DNA of 64,000 nt, from assembly GCA_020353235.1 (NCBI GenBank), contig CP070693.1, positions 644,343-708,342 of the forward strand. Direction: 5' to 3'. This document shows, piece after piece, positions 9,784 through 16,665 of the stretch. Made by a program: the position numbers and the translations under genes. Source of the DNA: Dehalococcoidia bacterium. GTDB lineage: Bacteria > Chloroflexota > Dehalococcoidia > Dehalococcoidales > JAUYDJ01. The notes beneath the pieces were generated by a model. That model did not search any database, was not told where the DNA came from, and was given only the letters and a program-made list of their open reading frames with translations. Each line of letters begins with the position of its first letter. Position 1 is the stretch's first letter.

Positions 9784-10026
9784 CTAACCCACTTCCACAA
9801 TTATGCGGCTGGCCATACCGAAGCCAACCGCCACCTGCGCCCTGTCCACCTGAATGGTTACCGGTCCCCGCATCAGCATGGCGCTGACCTTGGTTATCCG
9901 TTTACCCGGCCTGATGCCGAGCGCACTAAGGCGGTTCACCATGCCGTGCCCGCCTTGAATTTCAACCACTTTGCCACTTTGCCCGGCCTGCATCCGGACT
10001 AAATTTACCTGTTTTGAATCTGGCAT
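9784..10026 (-). CDS. feoA: FeoA (SH3-like) ferrous iron transport protein A
   Basis: 80 aa: LVRMQAGQSGKVVEI...LSALGIRPGKRITKV. It lies directly upstream of feoB. Confidence 0.9.
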   Translation of the reverse strand: MPDSKQVNLVRMQAGQSGKVVEIQGGHGMVNRLSALGIRPGKRITKVSAMLMRGPVTIQVDRAQVAVGFGMASRIIVEVG

Positions 10027-10476
10027 CTACTTTTTCTCTGCTCTCCTTTCCTTCTGACGACAGCGATAGCAATAGCCGGTCATCCGAACCTCGGTACCGA
10101 CAATATCAAAGTCCCTGGCTGCGGAGACACTGCGTTTGACCTGACGCGACAGGGGATAATGAAACTCGATAACCCGCCCGCAGCCGAGACACACCAGGTG
10201 GTGATGCTCGGAAGGGGGCTTCACCTCATAGTGGTGGTGGGCTTCATCAAAGTGGACTTCATCCACCAGACCCAGTGCCTTGAACTTCTGCAGGGCGCGG
10301 TAAACCGTGGACAGGCTGATACCAGGCTGTCTCTCCCGGGCCTGACGGTAGAGCTCATAAGCATCAAGGTGTCCCTTGCCCCGGCGGATAATCTCCAGCA
10401 GCAACGCCCGCTGCTGGGTGACTCTCAGCCCAGCGCTGCTTAATGCCCTTCGGTTCTTCTCTTTAGACATAACCAT
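10027..10476 (-). CDS. fur: Fur-family metalloregulator
   Basis: Winged-helix N-terminus (RVTQQRALLLEII), a His-rich sensing region (HHHYE...EHHHLVCLGCG) and a C-terminal CxxC (CYRCRQ). Its stop abuts the feoA start. The start is uncertain: ATG 10476, ATG 10470, or the track's TTG 10482. Confidence 0.85.
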   Translation of the reverse strand: MVMSKEKNRRALSSAGLRVTQQRALLLEIIRRGKGHLDAYELYRQARERQPGISLSTVYRALQKFKALGLVDEVHFDEAHHHYEVKPPSEHHHLVCLGCGRVIEFHYPLSRQVKRSVSAARDFDIVGTEVRMTGYCYRCRQKERRAEKK

Positions 10477-10486
10477 AATCAATTAT
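10475..10486 (-). promoter_or_regulatory. Possible Fur-box-like inverted repeat (ATAAT-N2-ATTAT) in the fur leader
   Basis: ATAATCAATTAT lies inside TAGTAATAATTGATTATGG (minus strand). It resembles GATAAT/ATTATC Fur hexamers and sits between the promoter and the start codon. Confidence 0.3.
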
Positions 10487-10510
10487 TACTAATGCGACCC
10501 ATTTGCATCT

Positions 10511-10539
10511 ATTATAGCCGACAGCTGAATATTTGTCAA
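10511..10539 (-). promoter_or_regulatory. Consensus sigma70-type promoter for fur-feoAB
   Basis: On the minus strand: TTGACA(10539-10534), 17-nt spacer, TATAAT(10516-10511). Both hexamers match consensus perfectly. Confidence 0.6.
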
Positions 10540-10561
10540 CTAACCGGGAAAATTATCGGGC

Positions 10562-11380
10562 TTAGCAGCGTTTTTTTATTTCGGGAATAGCATCCTGGGC
10601 TGCCTGAGCCCCCAGCGAAATAAGCTTCTGGACCTGATGAAAGTCACCAAACCCGATATGGGCTACCTGAGGCTCAATGACAATATCAGCCCCCTCCAGG
10701 CAGTGCTCAACCAGGAGATAAGAACCGATATATACCGACTGCACCATCACGTTAATGATGTTGAGCTTTTTGAACTCCCCGCCCCGCCGGGCGCGGACAT
10801 CTGGCTCCGGAATTACGTTCACCGCGATGATGACATCGGCTCCCATCTGTTTCAGGACGCTCACCGGTACCGGGTTGACCAGCCCGCCATCAACCAGACA
10901 CCGGTTCTGCCACTTGACCACGGTGAAGACTACCGGAATTGAAATGCTGGCCCTTACCGCTTCTAAAACCGAGCCCTCGTTGATGACCACTTCCTCACCA
11001 GTCATAATATCGGTAGCCACACAGGCCAGGGGGATTTTTAAATCGGCAAAGTCGACATCGCCCATCTTCCGCTTCATGAACTCTTTAAGTTTCCGGCCCT
11101 GAATAAAGCCGGTTTTGGGCAGCGTCAGGTCGGTCAGCGGCGCCAACCTTTTCCAGCCCACCTCCAGGGCTAAAGCCCTTATCTGATGGGCGTCAGTGCC
11201 CCGGGCATAGAGGGCACCCACCGCCGCCCCGGCACTGGTGCCGGCAATCAGGTCAATCGGGATGCCTTCTTTTTCCAAGACTTCCAACACGCCAATGTGG
11301 GCCAGCCCCCGAGCCGCCCCACTACCCAAAGCCAGACCTATCTTCTTCTTTTTGCGGAACAACTCAGCCCACCTCTTCAT
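10562..11380 (-). CDS. Patatin-like phospholipase
   Basis: GLALGSGAARGLAHIGVL oxyanion loop, GTSAGA nucleophile elbow (GxSxG) and a DGG catalytic Asp motif (LVDGGLVNPVP). The start overlaps the upstream gene by 17 nt. Confidence 0.85.
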   Translation of the reverse strand: MKRWAELFRKKKKIGLALGSGAARGLAHIGVLEVLEKEGIPIDLIAGTSAGAAVGALYARGTDAHQIRALALEVGWKRLAPLTDLTLPKTGFIQGRKLKEFMKRKMGDVDFADLKIPLACVATDIMTGEEVVINEGSVLEAVRASISIPVVFTVVKWQNRCLVDGGLVNPVPVSVLKQMGADVIIAVNVIPEPDVRARRGGEFKKLNIINVMVQSVYIGSYLLVEHCLEGADIVIEPQVAHIGFGDFHQVQKLISLGAQAAQDAIPEIKKRC

Positions 11381-11876
11381 CTACGGGCCGCTTTTCGGCC
11401 CAGAACCAGGTGTTAATATTGAAGAAACTGACCGGCGCCAGAAACAGAGTAGCCAGGGCTAATAACAGCATCACCACATCCAGAACCAGGGCACCGATGG
11501 TCAACATTCTAACCCGGGCAAGCTCCTCCAGTACACCGAAACAGCCGCAGGGCTCGGCGCCGAATCCGTGAGCAATCAGCCAGCTGTTATTGGCGATAAA
11601 GATGGCGATCAGCCCCACCGCCAGAACGGCGGCCGGCCGCGCCAAGATGCCGCTGATTAAGAGCAAGCCGACAGCTATCTCAATAACCGGAAGCCAGAGA
11701 TAAATCAGCGGGGCGAAGGGCAGTACGAAATCGGCGAAGGGGGTAAAGAAAATGAAGAAGACATCATACTCATTGAATAATTTACCCGCCCCGGCAAGAA
11801 GAAAGACCAGCCCCAGGACGATAGCTGCCCCCGGCCCGAGCCAGCGTTTAAAGCGAACTGATTTTATTATCCCCAT
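11364..11876 (-). CDS. MauE/DoxX-like integral membrane protein
   Basis: 170 aa with about four TM helices and an EPCGCFG motif typical of the MauE family. Its ATG is embedded in the HerA 3' end (GAGGAGCTATGGGGATAA). Confidence 0.6.
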   Translation of the reverse strand: MGIIKSVRFKRWLGPGAAIVLGLVFLLAGAGKLFNEYDVFFIFFTPFADFVLPFAPLIYLWLPVIEIAVGLLLISGILARPAAVLAVGLIAIFIANNSWLIAHGFGAEPCGCFGVLEELARVRMLTIGALVLDVVMLLLALATLFLAPVSFFNINTWFWAEKRPVDEEVG

Positions 11877-13477
11877 AGCTCCTCAATGTCCTTTTCCGCC
11901 TGCTCTTTAGTCTCCGGCCCTTCCCCTGATGTCAGCTCTTTATATGACCGGACTGAGCCATACTCCCTAGTCTTGATGACCACCGGCATCGGCAAGGCAT
12001 GGCCAAAGATTAACGCCTGCTGTCTTGATTCCAGCCTGGCGAGCACCGATTTAAGCTCGCTTTTGCCCGATACCCCAGCCAGGACACTATCTATATCACG
12101 CTCGTTGTCCAGAAGGCAGGCAATCTTGGTCCCCATCTGCGACATTACCTCACTGTCAATGCCACTGGGGCGCTGGTCAATCACCAGCAGGGTGACATTG
12201 TACTTGCGCATCTCGCGGGCGATGGTACCGAAGATGGTCTGGCTGGAGACCTCCGGGTTGAGGAACTTGTGCGCTTCCTCAATGGTTATCACCAGGGGAC
12301 GGGGGCGTGCACCAGCCTCACCCATCGCCCTTTCCATCCGGTCGCGATACTGGGCATGGATGCGGCGGGTAAGCAGATTGGCCACCAACACATAGGCGGT
12401 AATATCGGTATAGCGGCCGAACTCCAGCACCACATTTATCCCCCGGTCAAGATAGTCCAGAGCGCTCTTTACCGGATTATCCGGAGCCTGCGGCACCAGA
12501 AAGGGGAGCCGGCCAATAGTCTGCAGCCCCCGCAGCAGGTTCTGAAAGGTGCTCTCATGAATGTTCAGCTCCCGGAGCAGTTCTTTCGCCTCTTCACTCT
12601 CCCTCAGGTCCAGAGTGCTCTGTAACCAGTTTTTACCCAGCCGCCGGCGCAACTGGTATACCGCTTCTACGGCGGGCTCGGTAAGATTCAGCGTCTGCCG
12701 CAGCAGGGTGACATCCTCCGGCTCGATTTCGTCATAGCCGATTCTGACCACAAAATCGGTGCTCACCTTGCGACGTCGTGAACTCTCCTCATCAAGGGTG
12801 AAAACGGCCACGCTGGAGGGGAAAAGCTGTTTTAGCGACTTGACCACCCGGCCCCCCTCGCTGCTACCCGCCCAGCCGTACTCACTGTGCATGTCAAAGA
12901 GTAAGTTCACCGCCGTACTCTTCTGCAGCATGCCGATGAGCAAAATGCGGGTTAAGAAAGTCTTGCCGGTGCCACTTTTGCCGAAGACACCATTGGAGCG
13001 CTTGACCAGTTCCTCCAAATTAAGGCAGATCTTGGTCTCCATATCCAGCGGCGTGCCGAGGTAGAACCTTCTCTCGTCCTCTCTACCGAAGACCAGCTCC
13101 ACATCCCGCTGTGAAGCCAGATTTACCACTGAGAAGTGACTGGGCACCGTCTTCACCGGCTGGGGCCCTTCCAGCATACTGGCCGCATCACCGCCAATGG
13201 TGAGGTAGGGCATCACCCGCAGTGTGCCGTAGGTCGCCGTGCCGGCCAGCACCTCAGCGATAAAGTCATCAGAGACATCGGGCGGGGTAATGGCCAGCCT
13301 TGGGTCGGTTACCCCCAGACTGATATCGGTTATCATGCCGAAGAAGCGCCGCTTCTGCCCTTCAACGGTGACATAGCGCCCCACCGCCATATCCTCCACC
13401 GATACCGGGCGGTCCAGTTTGACCTCTACCCCCTTCTCCAGGGAACCGGAGGTAACTATACCCAGCCGCTCGGTCAC
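11867..13477 (-). CDS. HerA-like (DUF87/FtsK-HerA superfamily) hexameric ATPase
   Basis: N-terminal HAS-barrel-like segment (LGIVTSGSLEKGVEVKL...GRYVTVEG...FFGMITDISL), Walker A GKSGTGKT, Walker B/EEAH (VITIEEAHKF) and LLVIDQRPSGID. The GTG start overlaps the upstream stop (GTGA). Confidence 0.8.
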   Translation of the reverse strand: MTERLGIVTSGSLEKGVEVKLDRPVSVEDMAVGRYVTVEGQKRRFFGMITDISLGVTDPRLAITPPDVSDDFIAEVLAGTATYGTLRVMPYLTIGGDAASMLEGPQPVKTVPSHFSVVNLASQRDVELVFGREDERRFYLGTPLDMETKICLNLEELVKRSNGVFGKSGTGKTFLTRILLIGMLQKSTAVNLLFDMHSEYGWAGSSEGGRVVKSLKQLFPSSVAVFTLDEESSRRRKVSTDFVVRIGYDEIEPEDVTLLRQTLNLTEPAVEAVYQLRRRLGKNWLQSTLDLRESEEAKELLRELNIHESTFQNLLRGLQTIGRLPFLVPQAPDNPVKSALDYLDRGINVVLEFGRYTDITAYVLVANLLTRRIHAQYRDRMERAMGEAGARPRPLVITIEEAHKFLNPEVSSQTIFGTIAREMRKYNVTLLVIDQRPSGIDSEVMSQMGTKIACLLDNERDIDSVLAGVSGKSELKSVLARLESRQQALIFGHALPMPVVIKTREYGSVRSYKELTSGEGPETKEQAEKDIEELWG

Positions 13478-14076
13478 GGTCTTATCCTCCCCAGAATTGC
13501 CTTCAGCTGGCTCAGCTGGCCGCTGAGCAGTATGGCCAGCTCTCTAGCGGCGGCTACCAGAAAGTCGTGCTGGTCTTCATAGGCCTGACTCATCTGGCGT
13601 AGTACCGCCGCCACAAGCTCATCATTAGAAATAGGAAGCGGATTGCTAATCAGGATATTGAGGAAGTCAAAGGACTGGCTGAAATCTTTGACTTCCGCTG
13701 GGGGGCAAAGATAGACAAAGCCGTGGATTCGGGCTGGCTTGGGGGGCAGGTAGTGATAGAGCCTGTCGTCCTGCCGGTGCCCGACGACCAGGGTGCTGAA
13801 TTCACTTCTAAACAGCTTCATCAGCTGGGGGCTCTGGCGGTAGATTCCCTCCTCAGACGCTTCGTCTTTGCCGCGGGCAATGGGGCGCCGCCCCGGCTCA
13901 AGGCTGGTGGTAGTAGCATTATAGACCACGCCGTAAAGCTCCACCGATCCGTCTCTGGTCTTTACCAGGCTGCCCAGCGGCGGTGACTGGTAAAGTTCAT
14001 AGCACTGCGCCACAAAGTCAGTGGTGCTGGCGGCAATAACTTCGCCAACTCTATCCGGGTGTGTAGAAGTGCTCAA
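13474..14076 (-). CDS. Hypothetical 200-aa protein with a beta-barrel-like N-terminus, translationally coupled to the HerA-like ATPase
   Basis: TTG start 8 nt after GAGG. The N-terminus VGEVIAASTTDFVAQCYE...LGSLVKTRDGSVELYGVVYN resembles a HAS-barrel. I recognised no other motif. Confidence 0.6.
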   Translation of the reverse strand: MSTSTHPDRVGEVIAASTTDFVAQCYELYQSPPLGSLVKTRDGSVELYGVVYNATTTSLEPGRRPIARGKDEASEEGIYRQSPQLMKLFRSEFSTLVVGHRQDDRLYHYLPPKPARIHGFVYLCPPAEVKDFSQSFDFLNILISNPLPISNDELVAAVLRQMSQAYEDQHDFLVAAARELAILLSGQLSQLKAILGRIRP

Positions 14077-14082
14077 TGGTGA

Positions 14083-14170
14083 ACCTCATCCCCTTAATCT
14101 CCCTCTCCTTGATAAGGAGAGGGAGAAGAGTGGATTAAGAAGGGCTGCGCCCTTCTAACTTCCCCTTCTT
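14083..14170 (-). repeat. Intercistronic two-hairpin repeat, copy 1 of 3
   Basis: ACCTCAtcCCCTTAATCTCCCTCTCCTTgatAAGGAGAGGGAGaagagtggaTTAAGAAGGGCtgcGCCCTTCTAActtcccc. Hairpin 1 is 14099-14125 (12-bp perfect stem) and hairpin 2 is 14135-14158. It is homologous to 58154-58240 and 59515-59612. Confidence 0.8.
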
Positions 14171-14294
14171 TGCCCTTTTTGCCCTGCTTGCTTCGCCCTT
14201 GCTTAGTTCTCTTTCTTAACTTTTGACTGTTTGGGTTTCTTTATGTTCTTTCTTCCCTTCTTGCCCACCTCGGCCTCCTCCATAATGAAATACT

Positions 14295-14744
14295 TTAATC
14301 AGCGCTTTCCTCAGGCGCAACCAGTATCCGGACTGCCCAGCGGGTATTGGCGGCATTAATCATGAGGTAAAATGTCCCCTTCCCTGCTATGGTAAAGACA
14401 TCAGCCTCCCTTTCCCGCGAATTGGCTGCGATGATTACCGGCATATCCGGCTCTTCTACATTGTAGACCATTATCTGAAAAGTGCCTATTGACTGGTCAT
14501 TGAGCTCCGAGGGTACATGCACCCAGTCAATAACCCAGGACTCACTCTCAATGGTAAACGGCTCGGTGGTTTTGGTACCAATCCCCGTCCACTCGGCAAC
14601 CAGCCCCGCCCCCGCCAGGACTATCACCTCCGGTGGCACCTCTGATTCCGCCTCTGCCGGGGCTTCCATCTTCGGCGTCTGCATCAGGCAACCCCCCAGC
14701 CCCAGAACCACGATAGCTGAAATTAGTAATATGGCTTGTCGCAT
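14295..14744 (-). CDS. Small lipoprotein of unknown function
   Basis: Signal peptide with lipobox (MRQAILLISAIVVLGLGGC). The mature part looks beta-rich and shows no recognisable motif. Confidence 0.7.
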   Translation of the reverse strand: MRQAILLISAIVVLGLGGCLMQTPKMEAPAEAESEVPPEVIVLAGAGLVAEWTGIGTKTTEPFTIESESWVIDWVHVPSELNDQSIGTFQIMVYNVEEPDMPVIIAANSREREADVFTIAGKGTFYLMINAANTRWAVRILVAPEESAD

Positions 14745-14753
14745 TTTAACCTA

Positions 14754-15953
14754 TTAAATCCACCTCGTTCTTTTGCTCTGGCTCTTGGCGGAAGTGAGGG
14801 TGGGGAGGCGTTCCGCAACCAGTGATGACTCCACCAGCTGCCAGAAGTTCTCCCGGTCGGCGGTGGTGATTACTGCCTGCTCGTGGGCTTCACTCAGCGC
14901 CACCGGGTAGCCCAGCCCGCGCCAGCACTGGTCCAGAACCAGACTGTGGACCAGATTAAGCAAGCTTTCATCGGTAGCGACCCACTTCGGCATCTCTATC
15001 CGGGCAACCTCATCCTCCAGCCTGATATAGCTGAAACAGACCTGGTGCTCGCCGTAGTGCTTGCGCACCACCGATGACTGGCTGATAAAGACGGGTGACC
15101 GCTGCCCTTCACCCAATAGATTAAAGAAAAGCTCCCGGTCCTGAACCCCGGCTACTTTATCGCACTCTTTTTCCTTACCCGGCGGGCAATTAAGGTCACA
15201 GTCAGTAGGCTCATAAGGGCACAGCGCCAGACGGAGCACATTGACCACATCGGTGCTGCGTGGAAAGCTGATGTAGCTGGCCAGGGCAAGCCGACGCTGC
15301 TTACCTAGCTTCCTTAATTCCTCAAGGTGGCGCAGAAAGCCCTCCCCCAGCATGGCCCCGGTGACAAAATCGGGGTAAGCCTCCAGCCCCCACAGGATAA
15401 GCGAGCCATCAACCAGCGCCAGCAACGGGCTATCCGGGGGCAGCCCGGCCGCCAGCTCAGCCAGCTGATGGCACTCCTCAACCGCCCGCTTAATGCCGAG
15501 TAGCGTCCCTTCAATGGGCTGCTCCCGCCCCCTGGTGGGCACGACTACCAGGTCTTTGTCCTCGGCATAGAGACGGGGAAAGCTGTCTAAGAAAGCGCTA
15601 GGCTCCGCCCCGTAATGAAGCCAGGCGGCGCCGATATTAATTAAGTAGCACCTGGTGGACTTATGGCGGTCAACATCAATATGGGAGCCATCGGTAGCCA
15701 GAACATTGAATTCCGAGGGCGGGGGCGGGGCTTCACAGCCCTGACTGAGTCCATCTAATAAGTCAGCCACCAGCCAGGTAATCTTACCCCGACTGATGGC
15801 GATTTTTCTTTTAAGGTCGGCAAGGTCAATAGCTTGGCTAGCGGCAATCTCCAGGGCATACTGCCGCCGACGGTTTCTCTCTTCAGTGCCCACTCTCAGA
15901 CGGGCAACCATACCACCAACCTGCGCCGCCAGCTTGCTTAAATCCAGTGACAT
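14754..15953 (-). CDS. NurA-like nuclease domain protein
   Basis: 399 aa with the NurA-type N-terminal catalytic pattern (NVLATDGSHIDVD) and a second DGS motif (LALVDGSLILWG). It lies in the same strand block as the HerA-like ATPase, and NurA-HerA pairing is established in archaea and some bacteria. Confidence 0.65.
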   Translation of the reverse strand: MSLDLSKLAAQVGGMVARLRVGTEERNRRRQYALEIAASQAIDLADLKRKIAISRGKITWLVADLLDGLSQGCEAPPPPSEFNVLATDGSHIDVDRHKSTRCYLINIGAAWLHYGAEPSAFLDSFPRLYAEDKDLVVVPTRGREQPIEGTLLGIKRAVEECHQLAELAAGLPPDSPLLALVDGSLILWGLEAYPDFVTGAMLGEGFLRHLEELRKLGKQRRLALASYISFPRSTDVVNVLRLALCPYEPTDCDLNCPPGKEKECDKVAGVQDRELFFNLLGEGQRSPVFISQSSVVRKHYGEHQVCFSYIRLEDEVARIEMPKWVATDESLLNLVHSLVLDQCWRGLGYPVALSEAHEQAVITTADRENFWQLVESSLVAERLPTLTSAKSQSKRTRWI

Positions 15954-15983
15954 TTCTTACTATCTGACCAGTCTCTATGCCCC

Positions 15984-16013
15984 AGTATAAAGCATTAAAG
16001 TCGGCTAACTCAA
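15984..16013 (-). promoter_or_regulatory. Candidate promoter for the NurA-like gene
   Basis: On the minus strand: TTGAGT(16013-16008), 18-nt spacer, TATACT(15989-15984), about 30 nt upstream of ATG 15953. Confidence 0.35.
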
Positions 16014-16026
16014 GCCAAAACAAGTG

Positions 16027-16035
16027 TGCTACAAT
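16027..16035 (+). promoter_or_regulatory. Extended -10 element (TGcTACAAT) just upstream of the LysE-family gene
   Basis: TG at 16027-16028 and TACAAT at 16030-16035. ATG 16045 is only 9 nt downstream and no SD intervenes. Confidence 0.35.
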
Positions 16036-16044
16036 GAAGCCAAT

Positions 16045-16656
16045 ATGCTTCCCATCATCTTAAGCGTGGTCGTCATTTCCCTCTCCGGGGTAATGGCACC
16101 GGGGCCGATGTTTGCCGTAACCCTGGCCAAAAGCTACCGCTCACCGTGGGCGGGGGCACTGGTATCCCTGGGCCATGCCACCATTGAAGTCCCGTTGATA
16201 CTGCTCATCTACTTTGGTTTCGCCCAGTTCTTCCAGAACAGTATGGTCCAGCTCGGCTTGAGCATCGCCGGAGGCGGTATGATTATCTGGCTCGGTATCG
16301 CCATGTTTCTCGCCCGCACCGAGGTAGTCCGCCAGGGCAAAGACCTGCCCTATAATGCCTTTGTCGCCGGCATCCTGACCAGCGGTTTCAACCCCTTCTT
16401 CCTGGTCTGGTGGGCAACCATCGGCAGTATGCTGGTGATGAAGTTCCTCGACTTCGGCACCGCCGGCTTAATCACCTTCATTTTGGTGCACTGGTTCTGT
16501 GATTTCGCCTGGCTATCGCTGGTGTCAATATTTATCTACCGCACCCACTCCATGTGGAACCGAAAGTTCCAGGAGTGGCTCTTTATCGCCTGCAGCCTGT
16601 TACTGGTGGGCTTCGGGGGGTGGTTTGTCTTCTCCGGAATTCAGATAGTAATTTAA
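16045..16656 (+). CDS. LysE/RhtB-family amino-acid exporter
   Basis: MLPIILSVVVISLSGVMAPGPMFAVTL is the typical LysE N-terminus (PGP motif), followed by about six TM segments. The track start at GTG 16024 falls inside the promoter element. Confidence 0.85.
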   Translation: MLPIILSVVVISLSGVMAPGPMFAVTLAKSYRSPWAGALVSLGHATIEVPLILLIYFGFAQFFQNSMVQLGLSIAGGGMIIWLGIAMFLARTEVVRQGKDLPYNAFVAGILTSGFNPFFLVWWATIGSMLVMKFLDFGTAGLITFILVHWFCDFAWLSLVSIFIYRTHSMWNRKFQEWLFIACSLLLVGFGGWFVFSGIQIVI

Positions 16657-16665
16657 GGAGCGCCG

